DNA from: Anthoceros angustus
Taxonomy: Eukaryota > Plantae > Anthocerotophyta
DNA: 37,039 nucleotides
NCBI GenBank assembly: GCA_010909165.1
Contig: VJWM01000366.1
Coordinates: 1-37,039 of the forward strand
Direction: 5' to 3'
The stretch's first letter is position 1; each line of letters starts with the position of its first letter. A program made the translations under genes and the position numbers. The notes below the pieces were generated by a model that saw nothing but the letters and a program-made list of their open reading frames with translations, ran no database searches and was not told the origin of the DNA. Shown piece by piece: positions 11,000-21,381 of the stretch.

Positions 11000-12345
11000 C
11001 ATCTTCGCATGTTGGGTGAGCCTCCTTAGCTCATCCTCCAACATTTCTGCCACTTCCTTCGATGTCGGGAAACACCCTTCCTCCCCTCTTCCGCTTGTGG
11101 GTGGGTCACTCCCTCCCTCCTACCATGGTAGGTTCGCCTACCGTGGCGTTCCTCCTACCATGGTAGGAGCATCTCCTACAGTAGGCGTCTTATGGACCTC
11201 TTCATTTCCTCCTCCTCTACCAAATTCCGACCCCCAGTCTCGGAGGCCAAGGTGAGTCGTCCCTCACCTTCCTTTTCTTCCGTTCCTCTCGTTCACGCGC
11301 TTTCCGGATTTTCGGTCTTTCTCTCGGCGCTCAGATCTGGTGGTAACTTTGGCCACCAACAGCCCTTCTCACTCATCTCTCCTTCATACCCTTCTTCTAC
11401 AATCCCAGATACCTGGATTCATCAAGAAAATTCGCTTCCACCTTCAAAGCGTTGTGGTCACCGTGATTGCGGTTTGATTGGGCGGCGTTCCTTCCGCTGC
11501 GGGCTCTGTGAACCTCACCCACAGGCGTCTTGAGGCTACCCTTGCTACTCCACGAACACCTTGGGTCAACCTTGTGCCCCAACTCCTTGACAAAAGGTAC
11601 ATAACCCATTTGTTTAGGTTACGGCATTCATTGAATAATGACCGGTGTCCCTTGTAACAGCACCGGTGGAATTGCCATTGGCCTTTGTGGCGGCTCCGGT
11701 CTCCATGGTCCCGGTGGTGGGCGTGACCCATACCTCCGGAGCCGGTCTTGCGGGTTGGTAAGTCGCCCTCATCGATTGAGGCGACTTCCGATGTTACTGC
11801 ACTTGGTAAGCCTCATCCACGTACCAATAATCACCGGGCATGAGATTCCACGTGATTCACATGCGCGGTGCTCGGATACATTCCGGTTGGTGTGTCGGTT
11901 TGATGACAAATTGAGCAATACACCAACTGTCTTGCAGGTGAGGGTGACCTCGTGGAGCTTGATTTTTCACAGCCTTGACCTCCAATTACATCAATCTTTT
12001 GTCAAAGCCTCCACTTGCCTGCAATCCCTCCTCCGGTGGGCGTCTCTCCCTTCTCCATCTCGGTCTTCCCTTCCTCTCCTTCTCCGGTATACGTTCAGCT
12101 TCCTCTCTTCTTAACCTTCTCCAAGTCCTTCCTCATCGTCGTTCATAGGCTTTCTCGGATTCTTCATCAGGCGTGGAGCTCTCACAGGTACCACTCTCCT
12201 CACTTGCGGAAGAAGAAGATGGGGACGGCTGGAAGAGAAGAAGAAGAAGAGAGCTAGACCTCTGGACCCCTTCCTCTTCTTATGACTCCGTCTCTTTTCC
12301 TCCTTCTTCTAGCTCGTGATTCCCACTCCTCTTGCCTTTCTGAGG
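11000..12345 (-). CDS. gag: gag, 3' part (coiled coil and CCHC zinc knuckles)
   Basis: SERQEEWESRARRR at the CACTA junction. CSICHQTDHTNRxC at ~11880-11920 and CTFCQGVGHKVDxC at ~11560-11603, plus two more knuckles needing frame correction. Confidence 0.7.
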
Positions 12346-12697
12346 AAAACATAACCTTTACAACGGACTTTACTATGCAATTACTACTCCAGTAGTAAAA
12401 CACCCGTAGTAAAGACAAAGCGTTAATTTCCGTGGTAATGTCCTCATACCGTATATAGGGATAAATACTATAATTTAATACGGTATTTATATGATGTATT
12501 CTCTTCACGTACACCGGTTAGTTACTGCCTACTGTAATTTACGACGTAAATTACTTTCATCGTTTACTACGGGGGTAAACCCATTTTAACCATGATTAGT
12601 TATTAACTCGTGTCAGGTTTAAATCATCAGTTAACAAACCATGGTTTATTAACTGGTGTGAATAAACCATGGTTAATTAACCTGGTCTAATTTAAAC

Positions 12698-12876
12698 GTA
12701 GTAAAACTCTTGTAGTAAAAGTAATGTAGTAAAACTCTTGTAGTAAAAGTAATATAGTAAAATTCTTGTAGTAAAAACAATGTAGTAAAACTCTTGTAGT
12801 AAAAGCAATGTAGTAAAACTTTTGTAGTAAAAGTAATATAGTAAAACTCTTGTAGTAAAAGTAATGTAGTAAAACC
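12698..12876 (+). repeat. Tandem subterminal repeat array, 28-bp unit GTAGTAAAACTCTTGTAGTAAAAGTAAT x ~6.4
   Basis: Read directly from the sequence. The same GTAGTAAA motif is scattered through 12360-12940 and 16540-16980. Confidence 0.9.
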
Positions 12877-13099
12877 CTTATAATAAAGCGCCTGAAATGA
12901 AAAGCAGTAGTAAAATATCTAGTAAAAGTATCGTAGTAAGTGAATGATCCCTAAAAGCATTTGTAAAAGAAAAGGGGCTTAGAGTGTTTAGGAGTTTGTT
13001 CACAAAATATGGCCGAATCTACTGAGACCACGCCATCATTCGAGTCTCGGCTCATCCGCATTGCACAAGGTGCACTTGGTCTTCTCCACAGACACAACA

Positions 13100-14754
13100 T
13101 CTCTATGGCGAGCCCAAATTGTCCAAGCGCAAAAAGCAGCCATTAGCAAAACGAGCATGGACAAACACAGTGTCTAAAGACAAGAAGCGGGACTCTCTCA
13201 CAGGCGAGCTTATGCATCCTTAGCGGCCTCGGCATCCTTTGCCAATTTGCGGGAAGATATTCCCTCACCATCCACCCGTCCTCAACATTGTGCTTCATGA
13301 TGGCCTCCATGACTTTCCCATCGCATTCATCGATCGATATCCTGCCTCCTTCAACATGTCCACACCACATTAGCCTTCTCCTTCTCCCCATTTACACGAT
13401 CCGGACCCAAAGCGGGCTGTTCCATTTTGGACTCCTTCCAATACACTCTTTGAAAGCCAAGACCCATGATTACTTCCTCAGCCCTTATCTCATTCGAGCT
13501 TGGGTCCCTTGAGTACTTCGCTTTAAACACTCCCCCGACCTCCGTACCCAAAGCATGAATATGAACTGCTTCCTACCTCCTTCATCCGCTCATGGCGCTT
13601 TTCTTGGCTAGGAGCCAACTCCACTTATCTTGTCTTGCTCCTCCTTCAAAACACATCCCAATACTCACCTTCACACCTTTCGGGACATAATGGGGTGAGA
13701 CTTTTTCCCACCAAATGATACAGCCTCCTTTCTAACATTGTTCCTCCAATACTTCAAATTAATGCTCAAAAGCTGGGACAATAGGCTGAAACTCCCATGG
13801 CCAGTCATAGTTTGCACGATACATGTCTCAACATGAATGGCTTGATCTTTTCAAAAGGATGTATGAGTGGATTGCATATGTACGGACCGCATAAATGGAC
13901 TCTCCTTCATGGGTAAATCTGAGGGACTCTCATGGTAGATGAACCACGGAAAACAAGCGCGGTACAGTTAGTACTACCGAACGTTAGAGCTGAACCATGG
14001 GTTATCATGGCGATCCAGCTCTTGAACGAAACCTGGATCCACACAATTTGAGCTGGATAAATATGTACCTTGTAACCCTAACAAGATTTCATGAGCGCAA
14101 GTTGCGTACTTAGGATGCGAGATGTTGGGCAACACTTCGTGGGAGATATGATGAACCCTCTTCCGCTTTGGACCCCTCTTGCCCTTCACCTCCACATCCG
14201 GCATTGAGGAGGAAGGGTGTCCTCAACATCTTCCTCAACATCTTCATCACGAGGAAGTTCTTTGAAACTCTGCACCAAGTAAGACACACACACTCTGGCA
14301 ACACAATTCAATGTCGGACGGACTCCAAATCCAGCGTTCTGCACAAGCATGGGTAGGCTCTGCGGCTTCTCCGGCGAAGGGTTCTCTCAGACTTCATCTT
14401 TGCCATTTGCCCACATTGTTGGCTTTTACGGTGTGGTACCGCCGCAGTTGTGTCTCACCGTTTGGGCGATCCCTACGATCTCAGCCCCTCATCATGTTCC
14501 ACATCCATCGTGGTTAGCGGCGAGGTAACCACCATGTCCGCATCGTCGAAATCCTTATTGTTGCGTGATTGCGGCGCGGACTCTTCGCATGCGAAGTCAT
14601 ACATCGCCCATAACGCCCGGGGCATAGACCCGGCTTGTTGCCTCACTGCGGCGCCCTTCCTCGTCAATGTCGATTCAGACTCCACCTCATCCCCACTCGG
14701 GCGCTCCTCATCCGAGGCATCTTCATCGAGAGACCTCCTTGTACCATGACTCAC
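13100..14754 (-). CDS. Probable CACTA TnpA-like (plant transposase Ptta/En/Spm type) gene, fragmented and probably spliced
   Basis: Acidic N-terminal piece (DEDASDEERPSGDEVESE), basic EVKGKRGPKRKRV, then YRANYDWPWEFQP, KYWRNNVRKE and EYWDVF...QEKRHERMKEVG...CFGYGG. The family assignment rests on context and recalled motif spacing. Confidence 0.45.
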
Positions 14755-17001
14755 CCAACATCACCATCGGACCCCGAGCAAGCGGTGCGGCCTTTGCCAT
14801 CGCGGTGGCGGCCACGGGTTTTGGGCAATGTCCGGGCGGTGTGCACACGCCACGCTTGCTGGCGTGGTGTGTGAACGCTACTCGAGCTCTTCCATGGCCA
14901 TCGGCACCAAGCGACCACCGGCCGCGTTCCATCTCACCTTTCCCACCGTTGCGAGTATCCCCATGCCCGGAAGCCCGTTTTCTGGCTCTTCATTCTCGTT
15001 GCCAACCGGACATGTCACGTGATGCTTTAACATTCCGCCATGCGCCTTCAATCTCCGGGTGGTCCAAGCGGCGACTTCCATGTTCTTGTCAAGTACAACC
15101 AACTTTGGGTCGGACGGTCATCCCTCCACAGTTGCCTCCGGCATTTCCGGCAACCATTGCGATCCGGAGTGTCCTTGTTCGTCTCGCGCGGCTCGATCTT
15201 CTCGATTTTGGCATCTGGACCCATGGTTGGTTGTGATTAACAAAACCTGAAGCGAAGGCATGCCTATAGCTACACTTAGCTCACATGGGACACGCGCATC
15301 TGGCGAGGTGCACCCCCCACGGACTCCAAATGAGGGGATGTGGCGTCAATCCCTCCTCCCGCCGCTTGTTGCCCAAGTGTCCTAGTTGTAGTGGTAAGTT
15401 CTCCGGTCTCCCTAGAATTGGTGGCGCCATTGCTCCACCCGTCCGGACGTGGTTCTCGACCTATGATGGCTTTTAGGGTTTGGGAACTCGGTGAAAGCGT
15501 TCAAAGCTGCCCGGCGTCCCGTTCCTTAGATGATTTTTGCCGATTACTCGGATGTGTATTTAAGGTAATGTATCCTTGTACCATGGGAGCTCAGCGATCC
15601 GGCCGCGCAGATCGTAAACCCAAAGGCCAAGGACCCCTACCTACTAGTGCTTGTCCTTGTCCTTGAAAATTTCATAATGTTCCCAAGTAATATAAGGTAA
15701 GTCACATGGAAACACCAACCCAAGGACCCTAATCCGGCCATAAGGCACTCATGGAACTACGGCGAGGGTTCTTTATCAAGCCTTGACCACTCAAGGTCAT
15801 CTTTGACCACTCGAGTTACATTAGAAGCACGAGCACAGGCAACGCATCATTCCGCATGCCGTTGGTATGTGTGGCTGTTTGTTGAAGACACGTGGCGGGC
15901 AGCCTTTGGCTGTCTAGGCCATAAGAAGGCCACCGCCTCGAGGCCTCTTCTCATCGTCGGATGCGACTTATCTTGAAGGAGGTGATTGATTAGCCCTGCG
16001 ATTACGGAGATTGGGCGCGGTGAGCATGTTGCCGTGTCGCAAAAAGTCGCGACTCCCAAACCCCTAATCGGGCATTTCGATGGTCACATGTGTTTGGTTT
16101 CTGGGGTTTGTGGTTGTGATTAACAAGCATCGATGGCGCGGCGAGCGGGGTCTCCGGAGATGGGTGGCGAGCACACTCGATGCGAGGCCACCATCCCACC
16201 TTTGAACACGCATGGGGTCAGGGGTCAACTCCCCACCGACACCATCGTGACCGCGGAAGATGCCCAGAATTGTTCGATGTCCGGATGCGGAGTTCCTAGA
16301 ATTCCGCGCCGCGGTTCATGGTAGTGGGCCGTTGCCTTTCGGAGATAGATTCGATGCTCGAATTGATGCATGCCATGGACTCCCGGGATTCTCCAATGGG
16401 TGGCGGCGAGATACCATGAGGCTTCGTGGGATGCCATAAAGGCGGCGTTTTGAAACCCCCATTAGTGTGAACATGGAAGGGTTTTCAATCGTGGTTTGTG
16501 GCAAACGAGCAGACATAAAAATGTTGTAATCCAATTAATAACTTAGTAAAAGACAGACATTGCATGTGTCATATATGCCCGTAGTGATCCCATACGGAAA
16601 TTCTACAATATAAAAATAAATCCGTTGTAAATCAAGGCGTGTAGGGTTTAGAACACAGGCTGCTTAGTAAATAAGACCCTTAGAAAAAGGTGCATGTTGT
16701 AACACAAGGTTGTAGTAAAAATGGATTCCTTTGTAAAACCCCTATAGTAATTTCCCTACTTGCGTAGTAAAGTCCTCCATCTTGTTACGAACCTCAATTG
16801 CCCCTTTTCAGCGGACTTCCGCCACGTCATCGTATTGAGTCGTGGCGAAACCCCACCGTAGTAAAACAACGCAACCCATGTTGTAAAGTCTAGGGCTATA
16901 CTCCTAAAAATAATTGGCGAAACCCCGTAGTAAAAGCGATAAAGTGCTCCTCTCATCTCCATAAATCGAGGTTAGTAAAGGGCATGGTTTCGTTTGTAGT
17001 G

Positions 17002-17954
17002 TCGGATTACTCCGATGTCTTAGTCCCTAGCACGCAATGTACCTCCATCTTCGAGATAGTCCACTCACAAACTAGTCCTTGCTCTTGTGAGTATCCGATG
17101 TGGGTGGATTTCGGGCATCAGCACACTTGACTTTCGATCGAGGGATAGAACCTCTCAACATAATCAAACAAGGACTCCCTCTTCTTCCTCGGAGAGTTCT
17201 CAATTTTGCCAGTGTGGTGGCGTGGCGAGACCCGAAATCGATTGAGCGGCCTTCAAAGAAGTCCCAATCTCTGGATGCCGTCGTGGTTCATTGTACCCTT
17301 TGTTGGGCATGCCCCTCGAAAAGTTCCCTCGGCGGTCCCTGGTCGGATGAGCCTCGACGTACTTGCCTCCTCTTCTTTGCGGTAAGTTATCAGCAAATTC
17401 TGCGGAAGGGTGTTACGCACAAAAATTTGGGCACTGTGTGGGATGGCGTCTCCCTAGGCGTTCGTCCCAAGATGGTGAGCTGGGCGTGATTCTATCAAGG
17501 CGCTCCAAGATCCTCGACGAATTTCTCCTTTGCTCACCCTTCCTTCTTCACTTTCTGTTTCGCTAGAGGTTGAGCTAGACCCATCACTTCTGAAGGTCCA
17601 GCGTTGAGGAGGCCCAGTGCTGGTAGCTGAACTTGAATCGCACTCCAGAAACGGTGCTTCCTCCTCGCTTTCCTCTTCACACACTAACTCCTCTTCAACC
17701 ACCTCTTTTACTTCGCTGTCGGTGATTTCGATGTCCCCTTCTCCAGAAGCGTTTTCTGCTGGATCACTTGGCTCCCCCTTGTAGGCAAGGGAAAAAGCAA
17801 CCTCCTCCTCAAGCGCCCTTAGCTCTTCCTCCTCCACAGGCGTGCAACCATGCGTTTTCCTCCCTCCATTGATTTCTTCTTGCGGCTCTTAGATCTCTTG
17901 CGATGTGGTGGGGTGACCTCCTATGGTTTCTCCTCTCCCCTCCTCGCTAGACAT
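17002..17954 (-). CDS. gag: gag, 5' part
   Basis: Likely start MSSEEGRGET (ATG at 17954), acidic tract (ORF 17454-17837), then RKKRESLFDYVERF, typical of a retrotransposon gag capsid region. Confidence 0.7.
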
Positions 17955-18185
17955 CTGCAAGCATCCTCATAGCCTCAAAACACGGTTGTTAAAATCAGCC
18001 AACACGCCATCGCCATTCTTCTGCGGGAACACAAAAATCACACCATTCGAGGCGTGGGCTCCTCCTTCAGCACGGGTTCCAGGACGTGTAGGCTTCTTCC
18101 TAGACCCCGCTCCACCTCCTTACAAGATCTTCTCGGCTCATCTTGCAAGCTAGCGAAAATCTCAAAATTTCAATTTGTTCACAAG

Positions 18186-18201
18186 TCCCCAGCGCCAAAA
18201 A
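18186..18201 (-). promoter_or_regulatory. Primer-binding site
   Basis: The minus strand reads LTR ...CCCACA then TTTTTGGCGCTGGGGA. This resembles the Athila-type tRNA-Asp PBS (TGGCGCCGTTGCCGGGGA) with a short deletion. Confidence 0.7.
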
Positions 18202-19435
18202 TGTGGGAGGCGGATCCGGGGCACTCGAGATTCCCCTCTAGCGGCCACACTTATCCCCTTTTGTTTCGTTGGGTTTCGTCCCATGAGACTTGGGAGCAGT
18301 CGAATCTTGAGAAATCCGTCACTACTGCTGACTACCTCGGCCTTCTAAACAAGCAAGGCGCCCTCTCACGCTCCCTCTACAGCAGCTACACGCCTGCGTA
18401 AATTCACCAAACCTCAACCTACAAGCGACACCACACAATTGCGAGTTCGTCTTATGACAAGGTGTCTATCACGGGCCAGGGACCCCACCCACACCGCAAC
18501 CGTCCCTACTCCTAAGACACTCTTCTCCACACGGGGCGCCCTCTTACTTGCAGTTGGGATTCGTCCCTTAGGCTCACGCCAGCCTTAGTTTTCTACACTC
18601 TAATCCTCCTCACAACTCTCTCAATCAACAACGCCCTCTTCTTCTCTACTCATCTACCCTTCCTTCCTCCACAATCTCCTACTCTAACACCAATTCTTTG
18701 GCTCATTAATTCCAACTCGCCCTTACGGCTGGCACAGGGTCCGTCAGGAAGTGAGTTCTTCCTTGGGCGGTTGCTATGTGGTTTGCAGAGACGGCGAGAA
18801 CCTCCGAGTCTTTCCTGCAGTCTACCCTCAAGCCGAGTTCCTTGAGCATCGCCACACACTCAAAGCAAAACAATTCACTGACAACCATTCACAAGGGAGG
18901 CGGCGGGCGCACGCAAAGAGCAAGCCCTCCACCCGGCACTCCGGCCGCGTTCTCCCTCTCTACGGACAACTGCGTTGGCTTGCGGCCGGCGAAATTCTGC
19001 ACACAAAGTGAAGGACTCGGGAGGATGGGGCGCAGAACGATAATTTTACTTCACAAGCTCCCTCCTTTTATAGGGAGGTCCTCACATCTGACCTCCCACA
19101 GCGCCCTCCTCCTTTGCCTTACTCCTTATTTTAGTGTATCCTATTGTGGACTTTAAGTTCGACATCCAAGCATCTTGGGTAAAATTCTATTCTAGCAAAT
19201 TCACCTATGTGAGCCTTAATGGCTCTGTCAACATTCCTATCTAGCTAGTCAACACACTCTCTTGGGTGACAAGCATTAATGCTGTCCTCCTCTAAAGAAA
19301 AGTCTTCCCAAGTGGCATCTTGCCCCATGTCTTCAAGCTAATTTAAGGACTTCTTATGAATCCCTTCCTTATCTTGATGCCTATCTTGAGTTCCTTCCTC
19401 CAATAAAATAGCCGGGCTCTGTGGCTCATCCTCTT
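18202..19435 (-). repeat. Family A LTR, copy 2; its last bases (aagatca) reappear at 21375-21381
   Basis: Colinear with 1891-3100 up to gctcatcctc, then interrupted. Confidence 0.9.
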
Positions 19436-21364
19436 AACACCATAATATTTGAAGCGGTGAATATCTGAACCCGCTTCCGAAATCAAAAACCCTCTTGCGC
19501 AAATCTTGTGATAACTATATTGCATATTTAAGCATTTTTTGATTATTTGGGGTAGGTGGTATTCCTTGATTACAATTTCAATCCATTTGTAAGAGCAATA
19601 CATCTATGGTGGTTGGCGTGGCTTACCGGTGCCCATCTTGAGCCCCTCAACATGTTTACAATAGGGTGTCATGGACGGATCAAAAATCGGCCAGGCGTTA
19701 CTCATGAAAGGATTCGAGGAAGTCGGAGGCGGCATGCAGCTGCTACCACAACACAAACTTCAACAAGTATGTAACCCTCGACCCACAGTCGCCCTTGCCG
19801 AAACAAAACAAGTCACGAGACCTAAACTCTAACCCTAGGGTTAGGGTTATACTAATGAAGGCACCAATATGCTAGCACCCTATGCTCTTATGCTCCCTCC
19901 ATAGGGCATCGGGCGTCAGATAAGTTTTCTGGCCCGATGTGCATGCGTCGCATTAACACTGGGCTTACAACCACATGTCGTGCACCCATGCACATTATGA
20001 CTTACATTCATTAGGCCATGTGTGCTCGCGCAAGAGAATGAGAAAGAACACACTACCTTTGACACTTCCGATGTGATGCGGCCTTGGTCGCTCACAAAGA
20101 TGGTGTCTAACACACAAAATCGTGTTCAATTGCTATGACCTCCAGAAAGATAGTCATGGCTGCGGTGAGCTCGAGAAGAGGGAAGAAACTTGGCGTGTCA
20201 TGTCTCTCTTCACCATTCGATTCCGGTGCAATTTGCAATCATGAATATTAGGGCATGGGTAATTTCAAGCAGTGTTAAACCGTTGAAATTTGAAAATAAT
20301 TTCCATGATTTTGAGTCAAGATTAGGAATTACTAGAATAAGGAGATTTGAAACCGAGCAATTATCTATCACTTTTACAACACAAACTATCTTGGCCAAAA
20401 TAGACAAGCATAAACTATGCTGGCCAAAATAAAAAGCATGACTTGAACTAATGTCATTATAATCTCTCTCATTTCAATCCATATTCCCTACACACTAGGA
20501 AAATTTATCTTTAAAGTCATGCCTAAAAACGAACCAAGACCTCTCCATTTAGGAAAATTTTATTTTAAAGGGGCGCCTGCCCCTAAAACAAACAGACAAG
20601 ACCTCTCCATTAATCCCTAGTCTTACTTCATTAACTTTCCCATGTTGAATATTCCCAAAACATAAAGTATATGTTGAATGAAGCGCATGCCCGCCCTCCC
20701 TCATCTTTCTTCTTCTTCTTCTTCATGCCCTACTCCTCCATGCTCCTTGTTTTTATAGCCTGTCCGAGAAGCCATCACGCTTGGTGGTTTCTTAGCCACT
20801 TGCTTAGGTGTATCATCCGGCGTTGGCGATGGAGAAGCCATTACGGTTCAAGTGGTTTCTTAGAAGAAGGAGGTGTCTCATCCGACGTCCGGCATTCATT
20901 GCCAAAGACCATGAATCTTGGGGCATCGGCCAAGGCACGCCATTGGGCATGACTTGGGCGGCATGCGGCGCCAAGTGTCACTATGGTATGTTTAGGGTCT
21001 TCATACCCTCGGTATTGTGCACAAGACGTCGGAGTATCTGGATGGGATGTATATGAATATAGAAATAGCCGTATGCATTCCCTTGATGCTACTACGAGAG
21101 ATGATCGTCCATGTTCATTTCTTGTTGTTTAACGAATCGCATGGATTAACAACATGGGCATCATTTCCGCCGAAAACAATGGTCGTCCTATAGAAACCTT
21201 TGTCTACCACGGTGGGCTAAAAGATATAAACTTCTCTCGACACCCTAATTGTGTGCCTTCTTGGGGTATGCTTAAATATGGCATTTCAATGCCCATCAAA
21301 ACCCGTTCGCGTATATTCACGTCAAAGCTTGATGTATATTCGGCCCTTCAAATATTATCTTGTT
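19436..21364. mobile_element. Putative non-autonomous TIR element (Mutator-like?) inserted near the LTR end
   Basis: Left end aacaccATAATATTTGAAGcggtGAATAT matches the reverse complement of the right end, aacaagATAATATTTGAAGggccGAATAT. A second block, CATATTTAAGCAT, lies 87 and 84 bp inside the two ends. Confidence 0.5.
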
Positions 21365-21381
21365 GCTTCTCTTCAAGATCA

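Larger units (their letters stand above)
12345..17001. mobile_element. CACTA (En/Spm) DNA transposon, apparently non-autonomous, inserted in family A gag
   Basis: The right end ...gtttgtagtg (17001) is the reverse complement of CACTACAAAC. The left sub-terminus gaaaacataacctttacaac matches the right one (gaaaccatgccctttactaac). TAGTAAAA subterminal repeats occur at both ends. gag rejoins across the insert (cctttc|ggattactccga reads ...SE*SERQEEW on the minus strand). Confidence 0.8.
1891..19435 (-). mobile_element. Family A Ty3/gypsy LTR retrotransposon, non-chromovirus Athila/OTA-like; ~12.9 kb after removing the nested CACTA element
   Basis: Two ~1.24-kb direct repeats, PBS at 18186-18201 and PPT at 3132-3149. 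Domain order on the minus strand is gag-PR-RT-RH-INT. No chromodomain is seen after the integrase GPY motif. Confidence 0.9.

Noticed and set aside
12698-12876. Tandem array as CRISPR, telomere or iteron
   Set aside because: It has no spacers and is explained as a CACTA subterminal repeat, since the same motif occurs at the other end of the element.
19831-19848. aaccctagggttagggtt as a telomere remnant
   Set aside because: Only two to three imperfect units, too short to distinguish from chance.
20493-20503. CACTAGGAAAA as the start of another CACTA element
   Set aside because: No matching opposite terminus was found, and the sequence is part of a local direct repeat.
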